DNA of 24,518 nucleotides from Armatimonadota bacterium (GTDB taxonomy: Bacteria > Armatimonadota > Zipacnadia > Zipacnadales > UBA5352), in the NCBI GenBank assembly GCA_034722055.1, contig JAYENL010000244.1:1-24518 (forward strand), given 5' to 3'. Each line of letters begins with the position of its first letter. Positions within the stretch are counted from its first letter, which is position 1. The position numbers and the translations under genes are program-made. Positions 23,952 to 24,518 of this stretch are shown in pieces. A model generated the notes under the pieces. It was not told the origin of the DNA, did not search any database, and saw nothing but the letters and a program-made list of their open reading frames with translations.

Positions 23952-24221
23952 TCAGCCGCGGAGACCGAGCTCCTTCACGAGCGCGCGGTAGCGGTCGATA
24001 TCCTCATTGCGCAGGTAGCGCAGCAGGCGGCGGCGCTTGCCGACCATCTTCAGCAGCCCGCGGCGGCTGTGATGGTCCTTGCGATGGGCCTGAAGATGCT
24101 CCGTGAGCGCCTGGATGCGCGAGGTCAGCAGGGCGATCTGTACCTCCGGGGAGCCGGTGTCGGCATCGTGGAGGCGGAACTGCTCGATGATCTCATCCTT
24201 GTCCATCTGCGCGAGCTCCAT
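23952..24221 (-). CDS. rpsO: 30S ribosomal protein S15
   Basis: 89 aa from ATG 24221 with [13 protein letters not shown] and [35 protein letters not shown], and the conserved rpsO-pnp gene order. Confidence 0.98.
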   Translation of the reverse strand: MELAQMDKDEIIEQFRLHDADTGSPEVQIALLTSRIQALTEHLQAHRKDHHSRRGLLKMVGKRRRLLRYLRNEDIDRYRALVKELGLRG

Positions 24222-24340
24222 GCGTCCTCTCCTTTCCTCGGGCGGAGCCCCATGAGGCCCCGTCCGGCCAGCGGCGTGATATTCCGCCAAGCCGAGCGCG
24301 CCGCTGGAGGGGCGGTGTGCCCAGCTTGAGGCACCGCGGG
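24222..24340 (-). promoter_or_regulatory. Candidate S15 autoregulatory leader RNA
   Basis: Leader of ~120 nt between promoter and start with competing helices (CCAGCGGCG/CGCCGCTGG versus UCGGCU-UGGCG-loop-CGCCG-CU-GGCCG). Confidence 0.45.
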
Positions 24341-24346
24341 ACCGGG

Positions 24347-24376
24347 AGTATAGCACAGCGCTGTCAGGGCTGTAAA
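24347..24376 (-). promoter_or_regulatory. Putative sigma70-type promoter for rpsO
   Basis: On the - strand, TTTACA (24371-24376), 18 nt, then extended -10 TG-C-TATACT (-10 box at 24347-24352). Confidence 0.7.
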
Positions 24377-24518
24377 GCTTCGCGCCGTCAGGGGCGCGTT
24401 TTCAGATTGTCGGTTGCGGCCGGGCGAGAGTCAGCAGCGAGCAGCTACCAGCTCTCAGCGAACGGAAACGGCCGACGGCCAGGCTGTGGACGCACCGTCT
24501 GGGGGCCACGCCCGCGGG

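Noticed and set aside
23619..24329. ORFs 23619..24329 (+) and 23573..23884 (-) as a transposase of the MITE
   Set aside because: No DDE or HUH motifs, and they run across the element boundaries (the + ORF also runs antisense through rpsO).

Overview
High-GC bacterial chromosomal window (roughly 70% GC by eye). The gene content is suggestive of Armatimonadota, but that is inference only. Left part, + strand: a 175-bp tandem array built from REP-like palindromes, an FAD-dependent oxidoreductase, and a decaying GntR/YtrA-ABC exporter operon (frameshifted ATPase, permease remnant). These are followed by gene fragments and a membrane-anchored beta-propeller protein. From 6205 onward all genes are on the - strand. 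In transcription order they are rpsO, pnp, dapB-asd-dapA-uracil-DNA glycosylase, a secreted repeat protein, pncB-pncA-ADP-ribosylglycohydrolase-unknown helical protein, and a large secreted putative glycoside hydrolase-like protein. Most notable: (1) a 276-bp MITE between rpsO and pnp with 22-bp terminal inverted repeats, a perfect 9-bp target duplication and an inverted REP-like pair as cargo; (2) an NAD+-salvage cluster coupled to an ADP-ribosylhydrolase and an uncharacterised protein, preceded by a structured leader; (3) candidate regulatory leaders for rpsO and pnp; (4) a modular family of REP-like elements with no transposase in the window. No CRISPR array, tRNA or rRNA was seen. All family assignments come from motif recognition by eye, not database searches.
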